A program made the translations under genes and the position numbers. Shown here in pieces: positions 1 to 14,444 of a stretch of DNA of 64,000 bases. The notes beneath the pieces were generated by a model. It had not been told where the DNA came from and made no database searches. It saw only the letters and a program-made list of their open reading frames with translations. Every line of letters starts with the position of its first letter. Within the stretch, counting starts at the first letter, position 1. The stretch comes from Eledone cirrhosa (taxonomy: Eukaryota). The stretch is taken from assembly GCA_964016885.1 (NCBI GenBank), contig OZ024745.1:62930001-62994000 (forward strand). Direction: 5' to 3'.

Positions 1-159
1 CTATCAATAAATGCAATGAAGGAGTAATCAATCATCCTTGTTATCCTTTCTATATATATATATATATATATACGTAGGTCTCGGGTTGAGTCGGGGATAA
101 CCACAGTAAGTAAGGTACTCAATACATGGCACAGTAAAATTTTTTTATTTTATAGAAGG

Positions 160-210
160 AGCTTCTACAGGACTAGTACTGTTTCATTCAGATGAAATCT
201 TCAGGAAGCT
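160..210 (-). ncRNA. Type I hammerhead ribozyme motif, family A
   Basis: Minus strand: AGCTTC CTGAAGA T-TTCA-TC-TGAA-T GAA ACAG tactagtc CTGT A GAAGCT. Stem I GCTTC/GAAGC, stem III ACAG/CTGT, GUA cleavage triplet. Confidence 0.75.
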
Positions 211-392
211 GGGTGTCATATTAAGTTCTGGTATTTATACATTTAGGTAGTGGTAATTTATACATGGCACAGGCCGTGCCATGTTGTGGTCCTGTGTATC
301 TAAATACCATCCTACCCCCACCCCACCCCCAGCCACCACCCCTCCCTTACCACTACCTAAATGTATAAATACCAGAACTTAATATGACACCC

Positions 393-443
393 AGCTTCCC
401 GAAGATTTCATCTGAATGAAACAGTACTAGTCCTGTAGAAGCT
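393..443 (+). ncRNA. Hammerhead motif, family A, opposite-strand partner (core CCGAAGA)
   Basis: Same stems as 160-210 with a U4C core change. Confidence 0.6.
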
Positions 444-456
444 CCTTCTATAACAT

Positions 457-570
<114 letters not shown>

Positions 571-780
571 TATATACATATATATGTATGTATATATAGA
601 TATGTGTGTGTGTAACAACAGTTACTGGAGTGGGGGCGCAGATGGATGCATTTGATGGTGTTTTAAGTTCTGTTTCGTGTGAGATGTATGCCAATGTTTC
701 GTCTGTGGTGTGTAGAATATAGATATATTTAAATAAGTCGGCATCTAAATCCTTAAGATATATTCTTGCACATAGAAGCT

Positions 781-869
781 CGCATATCTGATGAGATGTT
801 GAAAGGAATCAGGCTCATGTCTCCTTTATTATTCCCTGAGCTGATCGATATCGAAACAATTGTAATGCG
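781..869 (+). ncRNA. Type I hammerhead ribozyme with enlarged stem II (family G)
   Basis: CGCAT-at CTGATGA GATGTTGA...TCGATATC GAA AC AATT GT A ATGCG. Canonical core and palindromic loop III, followed by AATAAA and (TA)n. Confidence 0.85.
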
Positions 870-910
870 CAAATAAAGTTTGCACATATACTGCAAACCT
901 GATTACGACT

Positions 911-950
<40 letters not shown>

Positions 951-986
951 ATATAATATAAAATATATATATATATATATATATAT

Positions 987-1189
987 ATAGGAACGAGTGG
1001 AACCCCGACGTCTGAGATCAAGCCGTTTCGACGGCTAATTCTGGACTCAGTCCAGAATTAGCCGTCGAAGCGGCTTGAGCTCAGCTGTCGGGGTCCCACT
1101 CGTTCCTATTACCCATTCTACTACCCTAAGTATTGAGTACTTTGATGCGTTATGGTCCTTACTGGTTCCTTACCACATTTCCTTCGTTA
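987..1189. mobile_element. Family B fold-back element (palindrome centred near 1048 plus ~80 bp tail)
   Basis: Arms 987-1047 / 1049-1110, (TA)n on both sides, seven further copies or fragments in the window. Confidence 0.85.
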
Positions 1190-1789
1190 TATATATATAT
1201 ATATACATACATATATATTGTAACTATAGTATTCACTCAATAAGAATCAGTCTTTATATGTATATTTTCATCCCTTTAATCCACCTCGCCTCTTGCACCC
1301 CTTAGAATAGCAATAATTATTTACCTCCCTTTCTATACTTCACAATCAACTTGCCAGACTAGTTACTGACTTTATGCTATAACTCTCTCGGCTCTCTCTC
1401 TCTCACTTCCTCCTTATTTATATATCTAATATGCCATTCATTAACATATATTTTTTTCACTTTTCTATATCTCTGAGCATAGACTGTTTTTTCCTCGTTT
1501 TAGATTGTTATGGATGGGAGAAACAAGAAAATAATTGCCACGTTACTTAGATTTTGTATAGTTATTAATCTATATAATAAGGGCTGGATTAACAAAAGTG
1601 GTAGGGCTAGTGACAAAATTATATTTAAATGCGATGTAATTGTGTGTAAAAGCTTTATATAATTTCTGACGATGATGATTTGCTTTTGCCTTTTTGCGAT
1701 TGCTAATGTTGTCATCGTAAAGGTTATATATATATATATATATGTGTGTGTGTGGGTGGGTGTGTGTGTGTTTGTATGTATATATGTAT

Positions 1790-1843
1790 AATGTTGGAAC
1801 ATGGCAGTAGCCAACATAAACTAAACCAGAAAGATAATAATGA

Positions 1844-1887
<44 letters not shown>

Positions 1888-1940
1888 TGTTGGAGCATGC
1901 CAGTAGCCAACATAAACTAAACCAGAAACATAATAATTAA
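1790..1940 (+). repeat. Local ~50 bp direct duplication separated by TA/TG microsatellite
   Basis: ATGTTGGA(A/G)CATG(G/C)CAGTAGCCAACATAAACTAAACCAGAAA occurs twice. Confidence 0.8.
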
Positions 1941-4684
1941 AATATATATGTGTGTGGTACGTGTGTGTAAATATATGTATTTATTGTAGAATGTATATGT
2001 ATAAAGGCATACGCTTGTGGTTGACAAGTTCACGTCCGATACATGTTGTTCCTCATTGTCTCCAAACCTAGTGAGTGACATTAATCAGGCAGAATCAATA
2101 TGGAACACATTGTGTTTATGTATATGTGGACGTTACACTTTTGAGTGTATGTGTCACCGATTGAACGGAACGAGTTATGTCCAGAGATACTATCAACCAT
2201 CAGTTACTGCCTCTTTGAAAACAAATATAATTTTGGGTAGCAATTGCCATATAAAGCAGCACATAAAATTAATATAAATACTAAAATAGGCACCGAATTT
2301 CTGACGTCTGTTGGATATCTACTGCGTTAGGATTTGTACGATATTTACGCAACCATTTGAATGCACACATATTTTAGGAATGTTAAGATTAAAGCATAAT
2401 TGGAATTTCATCATGATGAAATATAGAAGCTGATTAACATGTCCCTAAAGTATTTCACTCCTCACTGCAAGTTATGTATCCCAAATAGTAATGAGGTTTA
2501 TGTTTCTAACATTCTTATTGGTTTGTGAATAGTAATGCTGGAGTGCAACCGTATAAATAATGGGTATTTACTTCTCTGGATGTTTGCTTAAAATAATAGC
2601 GTTACAATTAAAAATAGAACAATGAATGTGTCCTTGACCTAATCTTACACAAGGAATGTTGGTATTTGTTTTACTTTTTACAATTCAATTAGTAGTTAAT
2701 TGGTGTGATTTGTAAGTGTGTGATTGCTAATGAAGTAGACTTCTGAATTAAATATCTTGTAGCATTTATTTTCAACCTTTTTAAATACTGACTTCACATC
2801 ACAATTTGGTTCACATTACTTTCAAACCATTCTCATACAAAGGGAGTGCTACATCAATGTATTTGGAAGAAAAGAATAAATCAATTATGTAATGTGAAAT
2901 TTACTGACTTTACTCAAGAAATGATTTATGCGAATTCTTTATTTTGAATTATGAAAAATGTATTCTTAAATTATGGTTCAGAAGATATATCACTCATGAA
3001 TAATTTCATTGCTATTTACGATTGCAAAGCCAAACGCACTATTCCAAAATATCGGTGTGTGTGGTTACTCATTATGTTATAGAGGCATCACAGAGAAGTA
3101 CTTTTTATCAAATGCACCTAGGTGTTAAAGAATTACATTTTTCAAAACAATGTTCTGTTACACTCTAGTGGCAATGAAAATCGATAGTTTATTCAGCTCT
3201 TCTTCCCTTAGGCCGTCGTCTACAGGTAGTATATATTTCAACAAACCATTCATTTCTTTCTCACATACACGGATTGTAAAGTATATCCTCATTCATAGAG
3301 CCCAATCAGATGAAACCCTTTTTATTTTGTCGTCTACTCTTGATTTCCTTTACTAACTCCTATTCATATTTCATACTTGCGGTTAGATGAATGTAAATAG
3401 TTTGGTACTATAGTTAAGTGTTGCATGTTGATGGTTCGTATTCGGTCATTGGCGCTATGATGTATTCAGGTTCAATAAATTTACTATGGTGAGAGAGATT
3501 ACTGATCCAAAAGTATCGTGTATAATTAAAAAGTAATTGTTTTGGCGTGCAATGTTTTACAGGCTCGAATTATGATGCAAATAAGCAAACAGCTGTTAAA
3601 TAAGAATAAATAACTACTTTTAAAAATGTCCAATGTTCATCAAATCTATTCCATTGTAAAGTACAGTCTGGAGATGTATAAAGCTAAGTCAAGTGAAATG
3701 CAAAATTGAATTAAATGTATATGAAACTGTGATAGTTAAATATGTTGTCCGGGAAATCAGCTTCGAGCACTGTTAATTTTAATACGAAACACAATTTAGT
3801 TTTATATTTGATATGGTCATGTTGCCGATATTACCAATGGAAAGAAACACACGCTCCATATAATTTTCATTTCTCTCTCTCTTTATTGTTCGTTGTTCAT
3901 TCGTTTGTCAAAGGTCTTTTGTCATACATTATGTGGCCCCTCCAATGAGTATTTTTTGTGCCTTTTCTTTTTTATGGTTTTAAATTTGTACTCCATCTTG
4001 TCAATGTTTGTTTTGTGGTGCGTTTTTTGTGTTCCGTGTCTGCGCATGCGTTTGAAACTGCATTACTGTGTGTATAAGCGTTACATTTTTTTTTCATGTG
4101 TTTGGTGTATATTTTTCATGTGTTTTGTGTAAGGGATGGGGGGGGGTCGTATCATTTACTGTTTTGCTGCTTATGTCTTTTTTCCTCTATTCTATCTTCA
4201 GTCCTTAAGTTGCAGGTTGTTACTATTTTACTGGTGTTTTTCTTTTCCGATTACATAGTATTTTCTTGAAATTAATTACAAGTTAAAATATGTGCTAGAA
4301 ACCCCTTATATCCAAATGGCGTACTTACGAATACCTAAGGAGTTATGGGTTTATACATACGTAACACACACACACATATGTGTCGATATAGAAGAACCCT
4401 TAGAATGAGGGGCTAAAAGCTTGGTGCTCTTCGTTTCAGGTCTTTCTTTTTTTGTTTCAAATACTGCCGCGGTCAACATTACATTACTAAATACCGACAA
4501 CAGTAAATAAAATAATCAGTTCAATTCGGGAAGACAATAAAATAAAAATCAGATTTTTATCTGAATATATGAGTGTTTTACACGTGTCAACATCATCCTA
4601 CACACACCTATATATGCGTATAAATATATGTGTTTGTTTCTTTCTTTGTGTATGCGTACATGAGTACGTATGTCGGAGTATGTT

Positions 4685-4732
<48 letters not shown>

Positions 4733-4971
4733 TATACGTGTGTGTGTGTGTGTGTGTATGTAAAAGCAAACAAATAAGTGAATAATTAGAAAGTAGTACA
4801 AAGATTCAGAATTCCTATCAAATGTTTTACGGTTTCTATTTTTAATTTAGGTCAAACTAAATCCCAATTGGGTCCAATTAATGAGCATACTTAAGAAATA
4901 CATATAATTTATCACACTTACATTATTAGCGTTTTTACATTATTTATATATATGCTATATATATATATTTA

Positions 4972-5069
<98 letters not shown>

Positions 5070-5868
5070 GAGATTAGTGAATTAAATAGGGCAGTATACT
5101 TCGTGAGATAAATGTCGATATATATGATAAATGTGAATTACTTTCTAGAAAGAGAATTTTAGAATGTTGTTAGGAGTATGGTAAATATACTTTTTAAACA
5201 AACATCTAAATCATATATACTGATATATACATAACCATGTTTATTTATATTATCCTGTCGTATATATATATATATATATATTTTTTGATTGATTAATTTA
5301 ATTAGACAATTCTCTTGATTGGTTAATTGTTTATGTTTGTTTAATAGTTGAGAGTTTTGATTCGGTTTGTGTAAAGGATTTAAACCCTTTGTTCAAATTT
5401 TGAATTTGACCGCCAAAACCGGGGGTTACCTCCCTTACGATAAACCACGTGACTACTAGCAGTGCTTACTACTAGTTCTTGCAACCGGAGGAGGCAGACA
5501 GATCGAAAACCTGTTGACGAAGTAAATTCCACTTTTCTATCTTCCAAAGCCCAATTAACTTGCAGGCCCCTGGAAATGGATTTTGTTGATTTCTGATTTA
5601 CAGAAACCAAGTGGAGATGTTATATAATATTATGTAATATGTCCATGATGGTCCAGGTAATAGTCAAACTTTTCCCTGAGTCGGTTTTTTTGTTGTTCTG
5701 GTCTTAGTGGCTCGTTTTTCGGTCGATGGCTTCAATTTGCATAGCTGTTTAAACGTAATGTTATAAATCTAAGGTAAAATTCCTTATTGAGTGCTTTTGA
5801 GTGCACTTCCCGATAGCATTCGTTAGCTTGCCCGCAACCAGAGCTCCGATTAAGCTGTACTACTTTCT

Positions 5869-5872
<4 letters not shown>
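5070..5872 (-). mobile_element. Possible degenerate Penelope-like element, N-terminal ORF region
   Basis: Minus strand near 5340-5400 reads LNKGL, resembling the LxKGLxF motif upstream of PLE RTs. Bounded by (TA)n. Confidence 0.3.
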
Positions 5873-5925
<53 letters not shown>

Positions 5926-5929
<4 letters not shown>

Positions 5930-6076
5930 CGAAGCAAATGTGGTAAGGAACCAGATGGACCATAACGCAATCAATACTTAGGGTAGTAGATAGGGTAATA
6001 GGAAAAAGTATTACCCCGAGTCCAGAAATAGCCGTCCAAATGGTTTGAGCTCTAACGTCGGGGTCATACTTTTTCC

Positions 6077-6080
<4 letters not shown>
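5926..6080. mobile_element. Family B copy with internal inversion
   Basis: Minus-strand tail 5926-6017 joined to plus-strand GTCCAGAAATAGCCGTC...GTCGGGGTCATACTTTTTCCTATA. Confidence 0.8.
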
Positions 6081-6109
<29 letters not shown>

Positions 6110-6408
6110 GTGTGTAAATATATATATACATATATATATTAACAATTAACGGTGTTGCGATCCAATGGGGATTTTTAGCCCAGCCAATGATCTAAATTTT
6201 AGATTCTAAAATGTCTTGCACAGAGTTGGCAACAAAGCATTCACTGGCAATAGCCGGCTGTGGTTGGATTTCATGTACTTGTGCATGTCGTTTGAGCCCT
6301 CCTGCTAATCTACACTCTCTTCCACATGCTTGGTATATATATAAATACATGCAGACATGCAGACTTGCATAAATAGATGTTAATTGATTAATGATAATGC
6401 TGAGTATG

Positions 6409-6620
<212 letters not shown>

Positions 6621-7644
6621 ACTGACAGACAGACAGATATATTCCAAATCTTCGCTAGCAAATTGCACTAGAAATAACAATGTTACCCAAGAATATGCTA
6701 GTTTTCATGATTAATATGCTTCTCTATGGGATCTAACGCATCCTTCATGACTGCAAGCCTTGTTGCCTGCTCACATGTTCATTAAGTAAAAAAAAAGGAG
6801 TTTGAGTATATTTTGTAAAGCACTTTCTTAATACTGACTCTTTCGTATATTTACTTAGAATTTACATTCGAAAGTTAAATGTATTCTTCTAAAAAGGAAG
6901 TGAATCTTTCATTGTACGTTGTTCAATTACAATAATTTGCTATTTCTGGGAGATATAAAAGTAAACCAAACATTGAAAGTGTTAATCCTGCGTTATAATC
7001 TCCACACGTAATCGGAGACTACAGAGAAAACAGAATTTAAACAATTCAAGCATATAAAAAATGTGTAAGTCTTCTGTTTATACTTCAAGAACGTGGTTTG
7101 CAACTATGATACCGTTGGTTTATTGAGAGCGAAAAAAAAGCTAACATTTCCAATGGAAAAACAATAATTTTAAAAGCCATCACCGGAAAGATATCAGTAT
7201 CCTAAAGTAGCATAAAAGTATCTAGTCTCATATGAATGCAGCGTTTTCGTTTTCCACATGCTATTTAGCATATTTGATTAGTGGTTGGTCACGTTCAATT
7301 TTGTCTCTAGTGTTCCGAATGCATTGTAAGCGTATGAATGTTTGTCCGTAAATGCATGCGTAAGAACAAACACACATATACACAAATGCCTGCAGAGAGA
7401 CCAAGAGGTGGATAAATATATAAAAAGATGAATCAATTAGAGAGAGTGACATGCATAGAATTAGACAGATACACCTTTATGTAGGCAGATAAAAAAAATT
7501 CTTAAGAAACAAACACACAGACACATATTCTGTATATATATATATATATATATACACATACACGCACACACATGTACATATATATATACACACACACACA
7601 TATATATATATATATATTTATGTATACACATACATATATATATC

Positions 7645-7695
<51 letters not shown>

Positions 7696-7746
7696 CCACA
7701 CACACACATATATATATATGTATATATATATATATCTATATATATG

Positions 7747-7807
<61 letters not shown>

Positions 7808-8045
7808 TATATTGCTAATATAATCTGAGTAATATCTTAATATTTCAATGCTGTAATTGATTATATTTTCTCAATTTTTTTATGCAATGTATTGAAGTTC
7901 TACATTTAACAATATATATATGACTGCTCACCGTTTCTTTTTTTAAGTCCTAATTTGCATTAAGTTTGCATTAATACATATCGATATTTATATTGTACAC
8001 ACACACACACGCACACACACATACACACACACACACACACACACG

Positions 8046-8077
<32 letters not shown>

Positions 8078-8138
8078 TACACACACACACACGTATACAC
8101 ACACACACACACATACACACACACACACACACGTATAT

Positions 8139-8180
<42 letters not shown>

Positions 8181-8185
<5 letters not shown>

Positions 8186-8388
8186 AGTAAGTAAGACCCC
8201 GACGGCTGAGCTCAAACCGTTTCGACGGCTAATTCTGTACTGAATACTCTCATTCAGTACAGAATTAGCCGTCGAAACGGCTTGAGCTCAGCCGTCGGGG
8301 TCTTACTCCTATTTCCCACTCTACTACCCTAAGTATTGAGTACTTTGGTGCGTTATGGTCCACCTGGTTCCTTACCACTTTTCCCTCG

Positions 8389-8390
<2 letters not shown>
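8181..8390. mobile_element. Family B fold-back element, centre near 8248
   Basis: GACCCCGACGGCTGAGCTCAAACCGTTTCGACGGCTAATTCTGTACTGAAT and its reverse complement. Flanked by (TA)n. Confidence 0.85.
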
Positions 8391-8429
<39 letters not shown>

Positions 8430-8737
8430 ATGTCACCAGTACAAATGTCTTTACTGCGTGTTTTTGTTTACAACTGGGCTAATAACTTTCCCTAAGAAAT
8501 ACATCTAAACGTTTTCGAAATATTCTCTGTTATATAAACAAAATGTTACGTAATATCTGTGATGTTATTTGAGCCTTAAAGCTTTTAAGTTATTATAGAA
8601 TTACTACCACCTACTCACAAACGTGCATACACACGCACGCAAAAAGAAAAGCACCTCTCATACACGAACATGCGCATATATGCACACACATACTCAAGCT
8701 TGCACAGCCACACAAACATGCATATTTGCAATCTATT

Positions 8738-8845
8738 TCCATGTATGTTGCTTGTGCGTGTAACGAATGCTTTCCATGTTTGTGCTTGTGCGTGTAACGA
8801 ATGCTTTCCATGTTTGTGCTTGTGCGTGAAACGAATGCTTTCCAA
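8738..8845 (+). repeat. Three tandem ~33 bp units
   Basis: TGCTTGTGCGTG(T/A)AACGAATGCTTTCCA three times. Confidence 0.85.
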
Positions 8846-9855
8846 ATTTGCTATATTATTTACTGTACTTTATATTCCATTATATTTTCGTAGTGGAAAA
8901 TAAGGATATTATCCAACATAGCACTATGACACAGATTGTAAACTACCAGTTCTCAGATTTATCTCCTTCATGCCATATAACGTTAGGGGAATTGTGCACA
9001 TAGATTATCTAATAATACCATTCTTGAAATATATAAACTTGGATTAGCCGTGCTTCTTCAACGGTTCCCTTCTTGGAGAAACTCTCCAAAAGAACTACGC
9101 AATATTGACAATCTTTGTAAATGGTGAATAGATTATTTCGTTCGTATTTCAGAATAAACGTATATATATATACCAGTTACTTAGGTAAATTTCATAGAGT
9201 TGTCACTTCTGAATGGAAAACCCCCGAAGAATTATATAATTGCGGACAATATAAATCAGTAAGCCCTGGATATATTTCCTCAAATGAATACAACTGGTAA
9301 AAAAAAAAAAGAAAATACAGTGTGTGTATATTTTTCTTCTTTATGTCTTAAAAGAGCAATAATCGTATTGATTGCTGTCGAGACCAAACATCATATATTA
9401 TAAAATCGATTAAGCTTTTATATCATTGTGTATACAAGTGTATTTGTTTTTAGTGCGTATATGTATATCGTTTCACGCGTGTTACACTCCTCTATGTGTT
9501 CACATGATACCAAAACAAATGCAGATAGCGACATGATATACAGGCAAAACAGCTTGCGTAATGGAGATAAAGAAGCTCCTTAAAAATCTCAATTGATGTT
9601 ACGTTGCAACGCAATTGTTAAATGATTTCAATTGAACAGATTTCAATTTAATATTTCCAGTAATTTTGACAATAAAATTTGACAGACTTCGTCTGATAAT
9701 CAGTATCCGTTGTTTTAAACAATTACTGAAACAATTACTGATAATTACTATATAACAATTCAAGGTAGAGTAAACAACACTATCCACAATGATATCATGT
9801 ATATTTATGGCCTCATATGATTAAGAGCAATGCTTTATGGCTGAACCGTGAAGTC

Positions 9856-9933
<78 letters not shown>

Positions 9934-9958
9934 TCTCTCACTCTCTCTCTCTCACGCT

Positions 9959-9989
<31 letters not shown>

Positions 9990-10248
9990 CAAAAGTTTAT
10001 GTTTGGAAGCAATCAATACCCAAGTGTAAGAGCACTCCGTCCATAGGATGTATATATATATATATGTATATATATATAGATATAGATATATATATATAGA
10101 TATATATATACATGGGAAATGAAAGGGGTATGAACATATGAAAATGATGTAAGTGATGCAAGTAAAACATAAAAGCACTGAACCGCGTGAACCCACAGGC
10201 AACAGCTTGTTTTTGCGTGTGCTTGCGTAGGTGTGTATGTGTGCGGGA

Positions 10249-10289
<41 letters not shown>

Positions 10290-11922
10290 GTAAGTCTACT
10301 AATTGACAATTTCTCTCCCCTCGCTTCCAACTAGTGCCTTCTACAGCGGCTTCCAAGTGTTTGCTCAGGTCATATTTTACAATGCTGAGAAAAAGGAAGA
10401 AACGGAAGAAACAATCTTTGTTGTGTGTGTGTGTATATATATATACACACACACAAATAGTACATATATATATATATATTGTATGTAACAAATAAAGGAT
10501 CATCTGTGTATATATATGTATGTATTGTATGTATAAATATATTGTTTGTGTATATATGTATACAAACACAGAATATATATAAGCATTAAATAAATTTATA
10601 TTGAGACATATATATATACATACACATTACTTTAGCCACTCATATATACATACACATTAGTTTAGCTACATATATATACATACACATTACTTTAGCCAAT
10701 GTCATTACGATGTTTATAGACCAAAGTAGACGAAGAAAACAATTTAAATTCATGTAAGCAATAGTTTCTACATCACAGAATATCCACATTATATACACAC
10801 TACGTAATGTTATAGTGTGGGCTGTGATGTTAAACACAGATTCTCTCTCACACACACATACATAAACACAAAGACGCACACGCACGCACACACACACACA
10901 CAGACATATATATATGCTTGTTTTCTTCGGTTACCGCCCCGTGTGGAGAGGAAAGTTTAGTCTTACAACATTATTTCACCGAAAGTAAAACAATTATCAG
11001 AAGTTGACTGAAGAGAAGGGACTGTCCGTTTTCCCCTTGTCTTTGTTATGTACATACCCTTTCATATGACCTAAGTAAGATGGGAACTTTTAATACATAT
11101 TTCAACTCTTTGCAATCTTCGTTTCCTGTTTCAACCTTCTGCCCCCTCTATTTCTCTCTTTTTTTTTCCATCTCTCTCAGCCTAGCATCCTTCTGTCTCT
11201 ACTTATTTTTCCCCATTCCCTTCTTGTACCTTAGCTGCTTATGCACGGCCACATTTCTCCCTGTGGTAGAAGAGTCACCACTGGGTTTGTACACTCTTGA
11301 TTAAGGAATACAGCCCAAACTACTTGTTTCTTCTTTCTCTTCTTATTTCTATCACTTTCTCTTCCAGATTTTTATCACTTCCTTTTCAGTTTCAGTCTAT
11401 TGGTTTGTAACATTATTTTGTATCTTAATTAGTCTAATTCCTGGAAATTTCCAATTTGGCATAAGTCGCCCAGTTTTTTTTTTGTTACTATCATATTCGC
11501 ACAAGAATTACCGAAACTATAAAGATTTCCATAAGATGACTGAAGATGGGGTATTGTCTGTTTTCCCGCTGTTGTTGACTTATGCGCCCCTATTTTTTGA
11601 CGTCACTTAAATTCTATGTGTAGTTGGTAGAGCTTAATTGCTATAAATGAATGTTTTAGCTTTCATCTCTTACTCCACAGGACAGCGTTTGACATGTGTC
11701 AGACGCTGTGACCCCGAGTGTACTAGCATTACTAGTCCTCGGAGATCGAAACTGCCAAATTGAAACTGAACGGCCGATGATATTGGAGATATCTCTCTTA
11801 CGTTTGTATTTTTATAATTTAAAAAAATAAACTCTTTAAAGTTCTCCTTATAGTATTGTTTTTCGTTTTGCCTTGATTGTGTTAGTTGTCTTTTCCTCTC
11901 TGTTAATTTTCCTAAGTTTATC

Positions 11923-11972
<50 letters not shown>

Positions 11973-12009
11973 ACATATATGTATACATATATGTATATAT
12001 ATATGTATA

Positions 12010-12090
<81 letters not shown>

Positions 12091-12447
12091 CATGTGTGTG
12101 TGTGTTGCTTCTATTAACTTAGAAACCTCTTATCCCTAAAGACGGCCATGTATTGAGATCAGTCTTTGTATATAATTTGCAGTAATTAATTCTAAGTTCG
12201 ATTATCGTATCCCAGGTATGTTGCTTTATATATCTTCATTGTGGTCTGCAGCACAGTCATATTAAAAAAATACAACGCCACGTAAAAAATTACACACATT
12301 CGGTTCTATAAAACGATTCACGATTTTAAGGATCATATTTTGCTTAGTTAATCTAAATATGTTCATATTTTATATATTCTAATACGCCAGAATCATGTAA
12401 AGCCCCCCCCCCCCCAAAAAAAAACAGGTTACTGGATTGATCAGAAC

Positions 12448-12486
<39 letters not shown>

Positions 12487-13823
12487 ATTATATATCTTAA
12501 GGTTGTATTACGGGATTTCTACTGAATGACTGTTATTTTGAGTCATTTATGAAGTATTGCGCTACTGAGATAAAAACGTGTGACTCCTTGATTCTAATAC
12601 ATATATAAAATTCATCACATTCTTATCGCATATCATCTTGATGATTTACTTCTATCGCGAATGTTACTCACTATCTATCAATCCATCTGTCTATTGCTGT
12701 CATGTAATCACTGGTAACACACAGAAATGTCTCTCATCAAGTGTTCTCTAAGCTAAACAAACGTTTAACAGCGGAATGAAGTTAGCATGTATTCATTAGA
12801 TATAAAAAAATGTAATCAAAAACTTTACGTATAATGTGTTGCTTCCGCATAAACTATTCTAGTAAAAGAGCTTGACTGATTCACAATTCGTTTTAACTTT
12901 ATCGAATATCAGTTAATCTCGCGTTATCAAATTGCTGGAAGAAAATTATAGTGTTTTAAAGAATATTAAACACGTGAGAATCATATCTTTTTTGTGCATT
13001 CATTATATGTTAGAGCAAAACATATTACCCACTTTCCATAGATTCGCATATACTCATATAAGAAAATAAACACGCAATTTGATGCACTTACACATATAAG
13101 CACACACTTCGTATATATAAATATATATAAATATGTATTTACATGTATACCGTTTTACGTGCATGCACACACATACACACACACACACATATATATATAT
13201 GTGTATACATATAGTGAGAGAGAGAGAGAGAGACAGAGATGGAGAGATAGATAGATAGAGGGGGGATAAATGTTAAAATATACATACATTTCAGTCGAAA
13301 AGCGTTTTATTAACAAGAAGCCGCATATAATTAGAGGTTCAAGATGGTGCTAAGCGCTGATAAAATGCTTAATTAAATAAATATATTTATGGAGAGAGAG
13401 AGAGAGAGAGAAAGAGATGCGTTAGTGTGTGTGTGTGTGTGTGTGTTTGTGTGTGTGTGTAAGCAGACATTAATATATAAGCTTATTTTAACGATACGTA
13501 AATTTGTTCGACAGTTCTCTGAATAATACAACGGAGAGATAGACTGCCATTTATATTTATCAGCATTGTGAATGAATATACACGCACACCGCGCCCACAA
13601 ACGTACGTGTAAATACATGCATACAAAAATGTATACGCACTTTTTGGCATACCTACGTATATTAGTATATTAAGGTAATTACCGCCATTCCAGTTCAGTC
13701 AATCTGTCCGCTACAATTTACCTCATTGACATTTACATCATTTTTTTTTTGGTTTTCAGTTGGAAATTGTTGCACGTTCATGATCGTTGCTTCACTTACT
13801 ACCTTCCTTAATCTGGTCTGAAA

Positions 13824-13866
<43 letters not shown>

Positions 13867-14375
13867 CTCTTTCTCTATACCTCTGTCCATATATATATAT
13901 ACACATACATACTTTTCTGTAGCTCTTTGACGAACGAAAATTCCTAATAGGTATACATCGTGCTTTTCAAATGTAATATATTTCTTCCCGGCATCTAGAC
14001 TGAGAAGCTGTAGCTAGAAGAATCAATATATTATAGGAGGACGGGAATGTTTCCCTGACTAAGTTGTCTATTATTGGGTATTCCTTCGCGAATATTACGT
14101 AAATTATTGGTTGTTCGCTGGACTGAAATTTAACTAACTGCGTTTCAAACTTTATTTGCACATCCTGTTCCAATTTAGAAATGGTTGCAATATCTCACGA
14201 GTGAATGAAATGTATTCGACTAAACAATTGCAAGAATACTTTCTGATGAAATCGCTAGGTGCCAACTTTCATATTGTATCGCTATTTCGGCTGCTATTTC
14301 GTACAAGCACACACACACACTGAAACACACACACACAGACACACAAACACACAAATAATACTTCCCCCTCCCCCT

Positions 14376-14444
<69 letters not shown>

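Noticed and set aside
11000-11600. Two similar GACTGAAGA...TGTC.GTTTTCCC segments (~11005 and ~11537) as possible pLTRs
   Set aside because: Short, diverged match with no recognisable ORF or ribozyme between them.
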